A stretch of 54,616 bases of DNA, from the NCBI GenBank assembly GCA_040754495.1, contig JBFMCO010000041.1, positions 1 to 54,616 of the forward strand, read 5' to 3'. The translations under genes were made by a program, and so were the position numbers. This document shows positions 18,107 to 27,944 of this stretch, one piece after another. Below the pieces are notes generated by a model. It had not been told where the DNA came from, did no database searches, and saw only the letters and a list, made by a program, of their open reading frames with translations. The stretch is from Candidatus Micrarchaeota archaeon (GTDB lineage Archaea > Micrarchaeota > Micrarchaeia > Anstonellales > Bilamarchaeaceae). The stretch's first letter is position 1. The number at the start of each line of letters is the position of its first letter.

Positions 18107-19720
18107 TTACCCGAGCTTACTCGAGAGGAACTCGGAAACCAGCCTCGCATCCTCTGCGAACTCCGCAGGCTCAGCGACCATCACCGGCCTGAACGCGATG
18201 CGCCGGGGGGCGGTTCCGAGCTTGTAGAACCTCTCTGCCGGGGCGAAAGCCACTCCTGTTTCCATGACAAGGTCCAGGCAGAAGATGTCCGAAGCGGCGG
18301 TATCCTCCGGTGCGACGAGGCCGACGTAGTAGCTGAAAGCGTTCATGGCCTCCGCGCGCCTGTCAGGGTCCTCGATTGCTGAAATCACGCCCCTTAGCCT
18401 GCCCAATACCCCTCTCTTGTAATCAGGCTTCATCCACGGGGGGTCAGGATGGTCTATGAAGAACATATTGTACCCGCTGCTCTCGATTTTCAGGTCCGGG
18501 TGGAGGGTTTTCACATGGGGAAGCGAGCACATGAGCGCCTGATTGCCCCCTTCGCCGTCCTCCCCTATGAACCTCCTCCTGCCTTCCATGCGGATGGCTT
18601 CAAGCTCCGGGTCGGGCTTCAACTCGTCATGCCCCAGCATCTCATGGCCTGCGACAAGCGCGGCCATGGATACGTTGGATATCCCGTTCAGGGCCCTGTA
18701 GAATATGGACTGCAGGTCGCGTATCATCCCGCCCTCGGCATATCGGAGGAGCGGCTTCGGGACATAGGCCGCCACGACCGCGGCCCGCTTGTTCGGCTCC
18801 AGGAAGACCTTCGAGAGGCTGTTCAGGAATATCAGGATGTTCTTCTCGTCGCCAAGGTCGATGAGCTCTTTTATGCGCACATGCCTCTCCGGCCATGAGA
18901 ACGACTGGTATATCATGTCGAGCACGACCGGCCGGATGACGCCGTCTTTTTTGAACGCCTCCTCGTTCAGGTCGAATACGCCGGTGCCCTTGTCGTTGCG
19001 GAAGAACCCGGGCGGATAGACGACCGGATTGGGGTTGTCATAAGGTATGAAGCTTGAGAATCCGACGAGCTCGAACGGGTTCACCGCTTCAGACGCGTGG
19101 CCGTTCGTGAATCTTGTCAGGTCGGGTATCCCGGTCTCGGGGTCGCGGTCTACTGTAACTATGAGGTCCTTCCCTCCGTGCGTTATCGCGGTCGAGAAAT
19201 GGGTGGGGTAGCTCTCGTTCGGTATGAGGACCCTTCCCTTGGTGTTGTGGAGGAAAACCTCGTGAATGTCCTTTATGCCTCCGCTTATGCCCGCGCTGAA
19301 GAACAGGTGGTGCGGCGACACGCCGTAATACGCGGCGATGATTTCCCGCGCGGCCTCGGTCCCTGCCATGTACGCCCCGGTCTCGTCCACCGCCCTGTGC
19401 ATCGCCCCGGTTATCCTGCCGATGCGGGTGTCCCCGAAGTACGTCGGGAAATTGCCCGAGCTCCGGTTCCTGAGCGGCCTTCCGTCATGAAGCTTCCCTC
19501 CGTGGCAGCAGTACTCCTGGTAGAACACGAACCACGTGTCCTTGAGGGACTGCTCCCGGGCAGCTATGAAATGCGGGTTCGTGGGTATCGCGCACCCGTT
19601 CTCCAGCAGCCTTTCGAAAAACGGGTCCTTCTTCCTGAACGCTTCGCGCTCCGCGGCGCTCGGCGTGCCTCTCTCGATGGGGCTTGCGCTCTTCATGAAC
19701 CCGTTCTGGCCGCGCAACAT
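18107..19720 (-). CDS. Divergent class I/II PLP-dependent aminotransferase
   Basis: NPNPVVY, LDMIYQ, the Schiff-base motif NSLSK and a C-terminal Arg (IAFR). Longer than typical, with insertions. Confidence 0.75.
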   Translation of the reverse strand: MLRGQNGFMKSASPIERGTPSAAEREAFRKKDPFFERLLENGCAIPTNPHFIAAREQSLKDTWFVFYQEYCCHGGKLHDGRPLRNRSSGNFPTYFGDTRIGRITGAMHRAVDETGAYMAGTEAAREIIAAYYGVSPHHLFFSAGISGGIKDIHEVFLHNTKGRVLIPNESYPTHFSTAITHGGKDLIVTVDRDPETGIPDLTRFTNGHASEAVNPFELVGFSSFIPYDNPNPVVYPPGFFRNDKGTGVFDLNEEAFKKDGVIRPVVLDMIYQSFSWPERHVRIKELIDLGDEKNILIFLNSLSKVFLEPNKRAAVVAAYVPKPLLRYAEGGMIRDLQSIFYRALNGISNVSMAALVAGHEMLGHDELKPDPELEAIRMEGRRRFIGEDGEGGNQALMCSLPHVKTLHPDLKIESSGYNMFFIDHPDPPWMKPDYKRGVLGRLRGVISAIEDPDRRAEAMNAFSYYVGLVAPEDTAASDIFCLDLVMETGVAFAPAERFYKLGTAPRRIAFRPVMVAEPAEFAEDARLVSEFLSSKLG

Positions 19721-19856
19721 TTAAAAAACAACTGTGGCTCAAAGCCAAAAATTCTGCAAATGACGTATCCGCCGCCCTGCGATTTAGGCGCAACGAAAAC
19801 ATTTAAATTATTTTACGGACTCTAACTTGACAGTCCTAAAGCGAGAGGTGGAACCT

Positions 19857-20189
19857 ATGGAAGAACCGACAGAAGAGATGGAACCCAGCCAAGTGCAGAG
19901 CGCGCCAGTGCAGATGAGGAGGGACGACAACACCGTATATGTCGGCAAGAAGGGCACCATGGGCTACGTCCTTGCTGTGGTCACGCAGTTCAACAACGGG
20001 GCTAGCGAGGTCACGGTGAAAGCCCGGGGCAAGCTCATCTCTCGCGCGGTTGATGTCGTAGAAATAGTCCGGCACAGGTTCATGCCGAGCGCGAAAGTGC
20101 AGGACATCGCAATCGCGACCGAGGAACTAACGTCAGAGGACGGCTCGAAGAACAAGGTGTCATCGATAGAGATAAAGATACAGAAGTAG
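19857..20189 (+). CDS. albA: DNA/RNA-binding protein Alba
   Basis: [28 protein letters not shown] and VSSIEI. A GAGGTG SD sits before ATG 19857. Confidence 0.97.
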   Translation: MEEPTEEMEPSQVQSAPVQMRRDDNTVYVGKKGTMGYVLAVVTQFNNGASEVTVKARGKLISRAVDVVEIVRHRFMPSAKVQDIAIATEELTSEDGSKNKVSSIEIKIQK

Positions 20190-20199
20190 CAGTGTCCTC

Positions 20200-20820
20200 A
20201 TGAAGGGAGTCCTCGACACCAGGGGGGTGCTGCTCGCCCTGCTTTTCGGCGCCGTGCTTTTCTTCTACGGCGGCGCTTCCTATCTAATCCTCATGCTCGT
20301 CTTTTTCGCCCTTGCCGTAGCGGTCACCAAATATGAGTACGAAGTGAAAAAAGAGATGGGCCTCTACGAGCATGAGCGCGGCTGGGAAAACGTCCTCTCG
20401 AACGGCCTGCTCCCCTCCGCCCTCGCCGTCGCGAGCCCGCAGCTCGGCCCGATTCCCTTCATAGCATGCGTCGCCTCCGTCACTGCAGATAAGTTCGGCT
20501 CCGAGCTCGGCGTCCTGGACGCATCCGACCCGGTTTCGCTCCTTGGCCTCAAGCCAGTGCGGCCCGGGACAAGCGGGGCCATGAGCCGCATAGGGACGCT
20601 CGGCTCGCTGGCCGGCTCGTGCTCCATCGGCTTAGCGGCCATGTTCGTCTTCGGGCTGAACCCGACGCAGGGCCTGCTCATCGGCATTGCGGGGCTTGCC
20701 GGCTCTGTGGTTGACACCCTGTTCGGCGTTTTCGAGGAGCGGGGGCTCGGCACCAAGGGCACGACGAACTTCATATGCTCGCTTGCCGGCGCCATCGTGG
20801 GCTATTATTTAATAAGCTGA
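20200..20820 (+). CDS. DUF92/TMEM19 membrane protein
   Basis: RGWENVLSNG, ADKFGSELG, PGTSGAMS..GT, DTLFG and TNFIC motifs. Confidence 0.9.
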   Translation: MKGVLDTRGVLLALLFGAVLFFYGGASYLILMLVFFALAVAVTKYEYEVKKEMGLYEHERGWENVLSNGLLPSALAVASPQLGPIPFIACVASVTADKFGSELGVLDASDPVSLLGLKPVRPGTSGAMSRIGTLGSLAGSCSIGLAAMFVFGLNPTQGLLIGIAGLAGSVVDTLFGVFEERGLGTKGTTNFICSLAGAIVGYYLIS

Positions 20821-20862
20821 GCCGGTGATATGGAGCAGACCAGTTGCACAGGGGATTGACAC

Positions 20863-21573
20863 ATGCGAGCATTCGTTCTTGCCGGAGGAGAAGGGACCAG
20901 GCTGCGGCCATACACCTATTCCGTGCCCAAGCCCATGCTCATGCTCGGGGGCAAGCCTATACTCCAGTACGTGATAGAGAACCTCAAGCGCTGCGGCATC
21001 AAGGACATAATACTCACGGTCGGCTACAAGCACGAGCAGATAACCGGATACTTCGGGGACGGGCGGAAATTCGGCGTGGACATCGAATACTCCATCGAGA
21101 AGGAGCGGATGAATACGGCCGGCTCCATAACCCCGTTCAAAGGAAAGGTGAATGAGACGTTCGCGGTCGTGATGGGCGACCATCTCACCAACATCGACCT
21201 CTCGGACATGCTCAGGCACCACAAGAAGAGCGGCGCCCTCGCAACTATCGCGCTCTATCCCGACAGGGTCACGCTCGAATACGGCGTCGCTGACATAGGG
21301 AAGGACGGCAAGGTGAGCGGCTTCCGCGAGAAGCCCCTCGTCCAGCACCTCTACAACACCGCAATCTACATGCTCGAGCCCGAGATATTCGGCTACATAA
21401 AAGGGAAGGAGGACTTCGCCAAGGACGTCTTCCCGCGCCTCCTCTCGTCCGGGAAGAAAATCGAGGGCTACGTGTTCGAAGGCGTGTGGTTCGACATAGG
21501 CCGCGTGAGCGACTACGAGCGCTTCGTGGAGCAATTCAGCCTGCTGCGCCTCCTGAAAGACCTCGGCGACTAG
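20863..21573 (+). CDS. NDP-sugar pyrophosphorylase family nucleotidyltransferase
   Basis: LAGGEGTRLRPYT..PKPM, FREKP and WFDIG motifs. Confidence 0.95.
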   Translation: MRAFVLAGGEGTRLRPYTYSVPKPMLMLGGKPILQYVIENLKRCGIKDIILTVGYKHEQITGYFGDGRKFGVDIEYSIEKERMNTAGSITPFKGKVNETFAVVMGDHLTNIDLSDMLRHHKKSGALATIALYPDRVTLEYGVADIGKDGKVSGFREKPLVQHLYNTAIYMLEPEIFGYIKGKEDFAKDVFPRLLSSGKKIEGYVFEGVWFDIGRVSDYERFVEQFSLLRLLKDLGD

Positions 21574-22535
21574 CGCTTGAGGTAAAGGGCGAGAACGACC
21601 AGTGCGAAGGCCGCCTCGAGAGCGACGAAGAAGAGCACCAGCCCGCGCTCGCTCAAGCCCCCGAATGCCTTCATCGCAAGGTGCACGAACCCCTTTACCT
21701 TTCCGCCCTTGGGAAGCAGCCTGCCGCCTTTTTGCTCCTGGTGCGTGTGCGGGAAGCCGTTCGCAGCTTTTATGAAGAAGTCGATTATGTACGGGACCAT
21801 GAGTATGGCGCCGGCGCTTTCCAGGTTCCCGATGATGACCGTCCCGGCAAGCACGCAGCCTATCGTAAGCGTGCCGACGTCGCCGGGGAACACGCCCGCA
21901 GGATACCTGTTGAACACGAGGAATCCAAGGAGGGCCCCGAGCATGGAGAGCGACAGGACGGACATCTCCGCCGAGCCCGTGGCGAGGGCCACGAGCGCAA
22001 GGGCCCCGAACATCACCGAGCCCATGCCGGCCTCGAGGCCGTTGAACCCGGCGAGCATGTTCGTCAGGTTCGAGCACACGGCTATCGCGAGCGGCACCAG
22101 CGCGACGATGTATATCATCCCGAAGTCGACGACTCCCAGGAAGGGAAGCAGTATGGCCGTGCTCCCCGCGGCCTTGACCGCCACAAGCGGCACTGCGGCG
22201 AAAAGCGGGAGCACCGCCTTGAGCCATTGCGGGATGCTGAGCAGGTCGTCCACTATCCCGATGAACGCTATGGTGTGGATTGTGATGACCGCCGCGAGGA
22301 TATACACCAGGTTCAGCTCGAGCGAGAGGAATGAGTGGAACGCTATCGCGAGCAGGAGGCCGGCGCTGAACCCCGCGACAATCGCGATGCCGCCCATCTC
22401 GGCGACCTGCGGGCTTCCGCTCTTGTTCTCATCGGCCCCGGTGATTCCGGCCCCAATCAGCCTTGGTATCAGGAGCTTCGTGAGGATTAAGGAAACGAGG
22501 AATGCGATTGCAAGCGAGGCGAGGTATTCCATCAT
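21570..22535 (-). CDS. Glycosyltransferase family 4 (AglH/GPT/MraY-like polyprenyl-phosphate GlcNAc-1-P transferase)
   Basis: EMGGI, GIVDD, NLTNMLAGFNGLEAG, FNRYPA.VFPGDVG and multiple TM helices. The ATG overlaps the HMGR stop. Confidence 0.92.
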   Translation of the reverse strand: MMEYLASLAIAFLVSLILTKLLIPRLIGAGITGADENKSGSPQVAEMGGIAIVAGFSAGLLLAIAFHSFLSLELNLVYILAAVITIHTIAFIGIVDDLLSIPQWLKAVLPLFAAVPLVAVKAAGSTAILLPFLGVVDFGMIYIVALVPLAIAVCSNLTNMLAGFNGLEAGMGSVMFGALALVALATGSAEMSVLSLSMLGALLGFLVFNRYPAGVFPGDVGTLTIGCVLAGTVIIGNLESAGAILMVPYIIDFFIKAANGFPHTHQEQKGGRLLPKGGKVKGFVHLAMKAFGGLSERGLVLFFVALEAAFALVVLALYLKR

Positions 22536-23788
22536 CCCTTGCGCACCCTCTCCAAGACCTCCTTCGCGCGCTCTATGTTGAAATTCTTCTCGCCCGAGAG
22601 CGCCTCTGCCACGGCCTCTATCTCCTTTGGCGTGGCGGCCCCGGCGTACATGGCGATGTTGCGGGCATGGAGCTTCATATGCCCCTTCTGGATGCCAACG
22701 GTCGCCAGCGCAGAGAGCGCCGCGAAGTTGTTCGCAAGGCCCACGCACGCCATTGCCATCGCAAGCTCGCGCGAGCCCTTCACCCCCATTATCTTCAGGG
22801 CGATTCTCGCGGTCGGGCTGCTGTTCAGCGCCGGCCCGACAGTAGCGAGGGCGAGGGGAAGCTCTATCCTCCCGACCAGGTCCCCGTTCTCGTTCTTGTA
22901 GTAATGGGTGAGCGGCTTGTAGTGGCCGAGCGCGGCATACGCGTGCGCGCCCGCCTCGACCGAGCGCCAGTCGTTGCCCGTCGCAAGGGCCACGGCGTCT
23001 ATGCCGTTCATTATGCCCTTGTTGTGCGTGGCGCAGCGGTAGACGTCGTGCTTCGCGAATTCGTACGCGTCAAGGACGCCTTCGACGGCATCCTCCCCTA
23101 TGGCCTCCTTCTTCCAGAGGGCGGTCGCCCTCGCCTTCCTCTTCACCGCGAGGTTGCTCACGATGCGCAGCCTGGCCCTGCCTCCGGAGAGCTGGGCGAG
23201 CGTGGGCGCGACGTTCTCCAGGACCGTGTTCACCATGTTCGCCCCCTGCGCATCCCCGACCGCGATGTGGAAGTCCACCACCATCATCTGGCCCCTGTCC
23301 GTGTCGAGCAGTTTCGCCTCGAAATCCCTCACGCCGCAACCGTATTTCTCGTGCTGCTTCATGTGGGCGGAAGCCACGCCGAGTATCTCCTTCCTGTTCA
23401 GGGAGACGTTTTTCATCGCCTCGCTGGGGTCATCCAGGCCGGTGAGCTGGATTTGGCCTATCATTATGGGCTCGTCCGCCTCGGCCTTGAAGCCCTCCGG
23501 GAGGGCCTGCTTGGCGGCCCTGCAGGCGGCCGCAATCACCGAGGCCTCCTCCACGGCCATTGGTATGACCATGCTCCTGCCGTTTATCACGAAATTGGTA
23601 GCGAGCCCGAGGGGCAGGTGCACCGCCCCGATGACGTTCTCGACCATCTTGTCCGCTTTCGCAAGTTCAAGGGAGCCGCTCTCGCGGAGCGTCTTCACCT
23701 CGAGGTCGGTGAGGCCCCCGTGCTTTTTGACCTTCTCGAGCCGCTCATCCACGCTGAGTTTGTAGAATCCTGAAAAGTCCTCTTCCAT
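22532..23788 (-). CDS. mvaA: HMG-CoA reductase, class II (bacterial type)
   Basis: ENVIG, EEASVIAA, DAQGANMVN, THNKGIMNGIDA, GNDWR and the catalytic His motif GIQKGHM. Confidence 0.97.
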   Translation of the reverse strand: MEEDFSGFYKLSVDERLEKVKKHGGLTDLEVKTLRESGSLELAKADKMVENVIGAVHLPLGLATNFVINGRSMVIPMAVEEASVIAAACRAAKQALPEGFKAEADEPIMIGQIQLTGLDDPSEAMKNVSLNRKEILGVASAHMKQHEKYGCGVRDFEAKLLDTDRGQMMVVDFHIAVGDAQGANMVNTVLENVAPTLAQLSGGRARLRIVSNLAVKRKARATALWKKEAIGEDAVEGVLDAYEFAKHDVYRCATHNKGIMNGIDAVALATGNDWRSVEAGAHAYAALGHYKPLTHYYKNENGDLVGRIELPLALATVGPALNSSPTARIALKIMGVKGSRELAMAMACVGLANNFAALSALATVGIQKGHMKLHARNIAMYAGAATPKEIEAVAEALSGEKNFNIERAKEVLERVRKG

Positions 23789-23796
23789 GAGCCCAA

Positions 23797-24249
23797 TCAC
23801 CTGTAGCTGTGCTCGAGCTTCTCAAGCGCCCTGTCTATGTTCGAGAAGGCGGCATCGGCCTTCCTCATGTAGAATCCCCGGAATATCTCCCGCAGGCTCC
23901 TGCCATCCCCCTCGCCGAGCGTATACCTCCCCTTCTTCCTGCAGAGCACGCCGAGCGTCTTGAGCCTCTGCAGGTGGTAATACACCGCCTTCGGGTTCTG
24001 TTTCCCCTTCGTCGCCTCCTCGAGCCTCGATATTATATGTTTCGTCGTCGGCGACTCGCCTTTCACGTGGAACTCGAAGAGGACCTCGAGGATGTCCAGC
24101 AGCAGCCTGCGGCTCTCGTTCGGCAGTATCATCCCGAGCGAGAGCGCGAGCCAGCGGACCAGGGATTTCCGCGCAAGGAGCACATCGTCCGGAAGCGCCA
24201 GCTCCCGTATGGTCAGCTCTGAGCGGATGAGCCTGGACTCGGGAATCAT
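23797..24249 (-). CDS. Winged-helix domain protein of unknown function
   Basis: KAVYYHLQRLKTLGVL..KKGRY is a wHTH pattern. Co-oriented with and upstream of HMGR. Confidence 0.7.
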   Translation of the reverse strand: MIPESRLIRSELTIRELALPDDVLLARKSLVRWLALSLGMILPNESRRLLLDILEVLFEFHVKGESPTTKHIISRLEEATKGKQNPKAVYYHLQRLKTLGVLCRKKGRYTLGEGDGRSLREIFRGFYMRKADAAFSNIDRALEKLEHSYR

Positions 24250-24308
24250 GATGCGATTTCCAGGACAAAGATTATAATATTGCTTGTGCATTTAGGAGCG
24301 GTGAGCGT

Positions 24309-24680
24309 TTGGTAAAGCTCAGTCTCCGCACCCATCCTGACGTCCTGTTCGGCTTCTCCAACAACTACGTGGAGCTCATCCTGCGCGTGGAGAACCCGGG
24401 CGAGCATTCCGTCTGGACGGAGGCCGACGTCGCCGTGCCGGAGCACATATCCCTTGCGCCCAACAACGCCCTCCGGAAAGGGCGCATCCGCGTCGGGATA
24501 GTGGCGAAGAACGAATTCCTCGAGAAGGCCGTGCGCGTGTACGGGAACTCCTACACCCAGCCACAGATGTACAAGTGCGACATCACGCTCTATTCCTTCA
24601 ACAGGGACGGCGTGATAGAGAACCGGATGGAGAAGTCGTTCAACCTCCGGTGCGAGATGAAGAAAGAGGCCTCGCTCTGA
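24309..24680 (+). CDS. Hypothetical beta-rich protein
   Basis: Open 123-aa frame with host-like codon use and a TTG start after GGTGA. No family recognised. Confidence 0.65.
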   Translation: MVKLSLRTHPDVLFGFSNNYVELILRVENPGEHSVWTEADVAVPEHISLAPNNALRKGRIRVGIVAKNEFLEKAVRVYGNSYTQPQMYKCDITLYSFNRDGVIENRMEKSFNLRCEMKKEASL

Positions 24681-24727
24681 ACGGGCGGGGCATGCAAGAC
24701 TGCTGCAAAGCCAGAAGGTAGAGGCAC

Positions 24728-25384
24728 ATGAAAAGGATAAAGGATTTCTTCCTGCTGAAAGACGACGCTTTTTTCGACATGCTCGTGAACCTGGCCGAAG
24801 TAACCCAGAAGTGCTCGGTCGAGTTCGAGCGCTTCGTGTCCGATTACGAGAGGCTGGACGCCGGTCAGAGGGGGGTGCGCCTCAAGGCGCTCAACGGCTA
24901 CGAGAAGGACGGCGACGTTCTTGTGCGCACTATATCCGAGGAGCTCTACAGGAACTTCATAACGCCGATAGACCGGGAAGACATTCACGCGCTCGCATCG
25001 GACCTGGACACAGCCATAGACATGATGGAGGACATCGGCAAGAAATTCGTCTACTACCGCATCGACACGACGACGCCGACAATGAGGGAGCTGGCCCACA
25101 TAATCGCAGAGCAGGTTCTGGAGATAAAGGCGGCTGTGGGGAGCCTGAACCGCGGCAAGAGCATGAAAACCCAGTACCAGCGGGTGTTCGAGCTTGAGGA
25201 CCACGCCGACGTGATTTACGAGAAGGCCATGACCGAGCTTTTCGACCCGGCTAACGAACGCCTCGCCGCAAGCCCCCTCCACGTCATCAAGCTAAAGGAC
25301 CTCTATGACGAGATGGAGGAGCTGGCCGACCTGAACCAGCGCCTTGCAGCCATCGTGGAAGGCATTCTGATAAAGCACGTGTGA
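24728..25384 (+). CDS. DUF47 family phosphate transport regulator (PhoU-like)
   Basis: YEKDGD, FITPIDREDI..L...LD and LEDHAD. Immediately upstream of PiT. Confidence 0.93.
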   Translation: MKRIKDFFLLKDDAFFDMLVNLAEVTQKCSVEFERFVSDYERLDAGQRGVRLKALNGYEKDGDVLVRTISEELYRNFITPIDREDIHALASDLDTAIDMMEDIGKKFVYYRIDTTTPTMRELAHIIAEQVLEIKAAVGSLNRGKSMKTQYQRVFELEDHADVIYEKAMTELFDPANERLAASPLHVIKLKDLYDEMEELADLNQRLAAIVEGILIKHV

Positions 25385-25395
25385 GGCAGGGCCTG

Positions 25396-26397
25396 ATGAT
25401 AGAAACCCCCATCCTGGTGGCATTCGGCATCTTCCTTGCGCTGGCCTTCGATTTCGGCAACGGCCTCAACGACGCCGCGAACGCCATCTCGACCATCGTC
25501 GCCACGCGGGTGCTTTCCCTGCGGGCCGCCGTGGTCCTTTCCGCGTTCTTCAATTTCGTGGCCGCTTTCACATTCTCCACGGCTGTCGCCGAGACCATGG
25601 GCAGGGGCGTGGTTGACCCGGCTGCCATAAACGCCTACGTTGTCATCGCCGGCCTCGTGTCCGCGGTCATATGGGTCTATGGCCTGAGCTGGCTTGGGAT
25701 GCCCATATCCGCGAGCCATGCGCTCATCGGGGGGCTGGTAGGGGCCGCAGTTGCCGCAGCAGGCTGGGACGTCGTAAAGCTGGAAGGCCTCGTGAAGATA
25801 GTCGTATTCATCTTCCTCGCCCCTATTCTCGGCATGGTTTTCGGCTACCTGTTCTCGCTGCTCGTGCTCATCGCAGTCAAGCGCATGCCGCCCGAGAAGG
25901 TGCAGAAGCATTTCAAGAAACTGCAGCTCCTCTCGGTCTCGGTCTACAGCCTTGGCCATGGCGCGAACGACGCCCAGAAGACGATGGGAATAATCACCCT
26001 CCTGCTCTTCATCGGCGGCTTCATCACCGACTTCCACGTTCCCGCGTGGGTCGTGCTCGCATCCCACAGCACGATAGCCATAGGCACCCTGGCCGGCGGC
26101 TGGGCCGTCGTGAAGACGATGGGCACGCAGATAACGAAGCTGCGGCCGATAGACGGCTTCTGCGCAGAGACCGCCGGGGCAGGCGTGATAATCGGCAGCA
26201 GCGCCTTCGGCATACCGGTAAGCACCACCCACGTCATAACCGGCTCCATAAGCGGCGTCGGGGTGATGAACCGCACCACTGCCGTGAACTGGAGCATCGC
26301 GAAAAGAATCGTCTACGCGTGGTTCCTGACCATCCCGCTTACGGCGCTCGTGGCCGCTGTCGTATATCTTGTGCTGGGTGCGGTCCTCGGTTTCTGA
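25396..26397 (+). CDS. pitA: Inorganic phosphate transporter, PiT family
   Basis: Signature motifs GLNDAANAI, HGANDAQK and GIPVSTTH. Confidence 0.96.
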   Translation: MIETPILVAFGIFLALAFDFGNGLNDAANAISTIVATRVLSLRAAVVLSAFFNFVAAFTFSTAVAETMGRGVVDPAAINAYVVIAGLVSAVIWVYGLSWLGMPISASHALIGGLVGAAVAAAGWDVVKLEGLVKIVVFIFLAPILGMVFGYLFSLLVLIAVKRMPPEKVQKHFKKLQLLSVSVYSLGHGANDAQKTMGIITLLLFIGGFITDFHVPAWVVLASHSTIAIGTLAGGWAVVKTMGTQITKLRPIDGFCAETAGAGVIIGSSAFGIPVSTTHVITGSISGVGVMNRTTAVNWSIAKRIVYAWFLTIPLTALVAAVVYLVLGAVLGF

Positions 26398-26449
26398 GCG
26401 GAGAGGCCTCTTTGGTTCGCATGTCCGGCTGGAGGTGCTTCCGTCACTC

Positions 26450-26917
26450 CTATACCAGCTTCACGTGCCCGTCCGCCACGAGATGGGAGAAATATCCCGC
26501 CAGCCCCGCGATTGCCAGCTCCTTCCCGGCGATGGCATAGACCAAAACACCAAACACAAAACACGCAACCAGCGTATGCGTTATCCCCCTGTGCCTCGGC
26601 TTGAAGAACCTGAAAAGGATGAAGTAGGCGCCGACCATCGCAAGGAACGCGACAGCCATGGCCGCGAGGCCGCCCGGCCCCGGAAGGCATATCATTGCCC
26701 CGCATGCCGAGCCGTAGGCCATCATGAAGGCGAAGGCCGCGAACCCCAAATCCAGCCATTTCCTGCCCTTGCTGGAATCGTGGTCAAGGTCCGGGACAAG
26801 GGCGCTCAGGCCAGCGAATGCGGCCCCTATGGCCACGGAAACGACGCCCTCCCCCAGCAGGAAGAATGCCGCGGCTCCGAGCATCGCGCCGATGAATATA
26901 TGGGAACGCCAGTCCAT
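26450..26917 (-). CDS. YdjM/DUF457-like membrane metal-dependent hydrolase
   Basis: H (WRSH), PDLDH, HRGITHT and SHLVAD motifs. Confidence 0.9.
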   Translation of the reverse strand: MDWRSHIFIGAMLGAAAFFLLGEGVVSVAIGAAFAGLSALVPDLDHDSSKGRKWLDLGFAAFAFMMAYGSACGAMICLPGPGGLAAMAVAFLAMVGAYFILFRFFKPRHRGITHTLVACFVFGVLVYAIAGKELAIAGLAGYFSHLVADGHVKLV

Positions 26918-26921
26918 ATGG

Positions 26922-26948
26922 GGTTTCCGGTCTCCGGTTTCCAGTTTT
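26922..26948 (-). repeat. Intergenic heptamer array, copy 2
   Basis: The minus strand reads AAAA CTGGAAA CCGGAGA CCGGAAA CC. Confidence 0.8.
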
Positions 26949-26973
26949 GCGAAAAATAATGAAGAAAAAAAAA

Positions 26974-27831
26974 TTACTCTATCTGGAAGCTTGCCGATAC
27001 TGTCGCGCTCACGTCCACCTGGCCGGGCGAAAGCTCGGTCTTGGGCGCGCCAGCGCCGGCCTCAGCGGCATAGAGGTAGCTGCGGTCGTAGTAATACGGG
27101 TAGCTGAACGACTCGCTCGATGAGAGCACGTCGCCAAGGCTCACGCCGAGGCCGGCCGCCATGCTCTGGGCCTTGGACTTGGCTTCCGAAGCGGCGTCCT
27201 GCAGCAGGGACTTCTCCATGCTTCTCCTCGTCTCGTCCTTCAGGGTGAACTGGACGTAATCGACGAACGTCTGGTTCTCCCCGGCCGTGGATGCGGCATC
27301 TATAACGTCGCCGCCCTTGGCCAGATCGCTCAGCTTCACGCTCAGGCTGTGCGTCGTCCTGTAGCCGGTGAGGGTGGACTTGTAGCGGCAGTTGTACCCG
27401 CTCTTGTCGCACACGTATTCGCTGTCATAGACCGGGTCCACGCTGTAGTACGCGGTCTGGATGTCCTCGTCCTTGATGCCGAGGGCCTTCAGCTTCGCGC
27501 GCAAATCAGCGCTGACATTGGCGTTGTCCTGCTGGGACTGCTTCGCGTTCGCGGATTCTGTCTGCACGCGCAGCTGGATGTTGAGCAGGTCCGGCTCGAC
27601 CTTCTCCGATGCCGTCGCGCTGACCGATATCGCATGGTCCGGCGGCAAGCTGGAGACGTAAACCGTCGGGTTCGTCGGCCCGCTCGTGACATTGACCTTC
27701 GGCGAATAGTCCACCTGGGCAAGCATGTACGCGCTTCCCAGCATGCCCAGGGCAAGGAGCAGGGCCGCGAGGGCGACCATTTTTCCCTTGCCGGATTGGG
27801 CCATCATCATCTCTTCCTCTTTAGCCATCAT
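26974..27831 (-). CDS. SIMPL (DUF541) domain protein
   Basis: N-terminal TM, ISVSATASEKVEPD, AKSKAQSMAAGLGVSLG and the terminal GQVDVSATVSASF. Confidence 0.92.
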   Translation of the reverse strand: MMAKEEEMMMAQSGKGKMVALAALLLALGMLGSAYMLAQVDYSPKVNVTSGPTNPTVYVSSLPPDHAISVSATASEKVEPDLLNIQLRVQTESANAKQSQQDNANVSADLRAKLKALGIKDEDIQTAYYSVDPVYDSEYVCDKSGYNCRYKSTLTGYRTTHSLSVKLSDLAKGGDVIDAASTAGENQTFVDYVQFTLKDETRRSMEKSLLQDAASEAKSKAQSMAAGLGVSLGDVLSSSESFSYPYYYDRSYLYAAEAGAGAPKTELSPGQVDVSATVSASFQIE

Positions 27832-27944
27832 ACCACCTGGCGCACCGCGCCACGAAGCCTTCCGCCATATTGCGGCAGGCCATGGAGAGAATCAGGAGGG
27901 ATTTATTTAAACGGATGGTTTTTTGCTTCGGCGCAAACCGAAAA

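Noticed and set aside
24250-24730. Copy of the TGGTATATACCA/TTGCGCAA module upstream of DUF47-PiT (expected if it is a phosphate regulon box)
   Set aside because: Not found by eye, so a phosphate link for the micro-proteins rests only on adjacency to the regulator.
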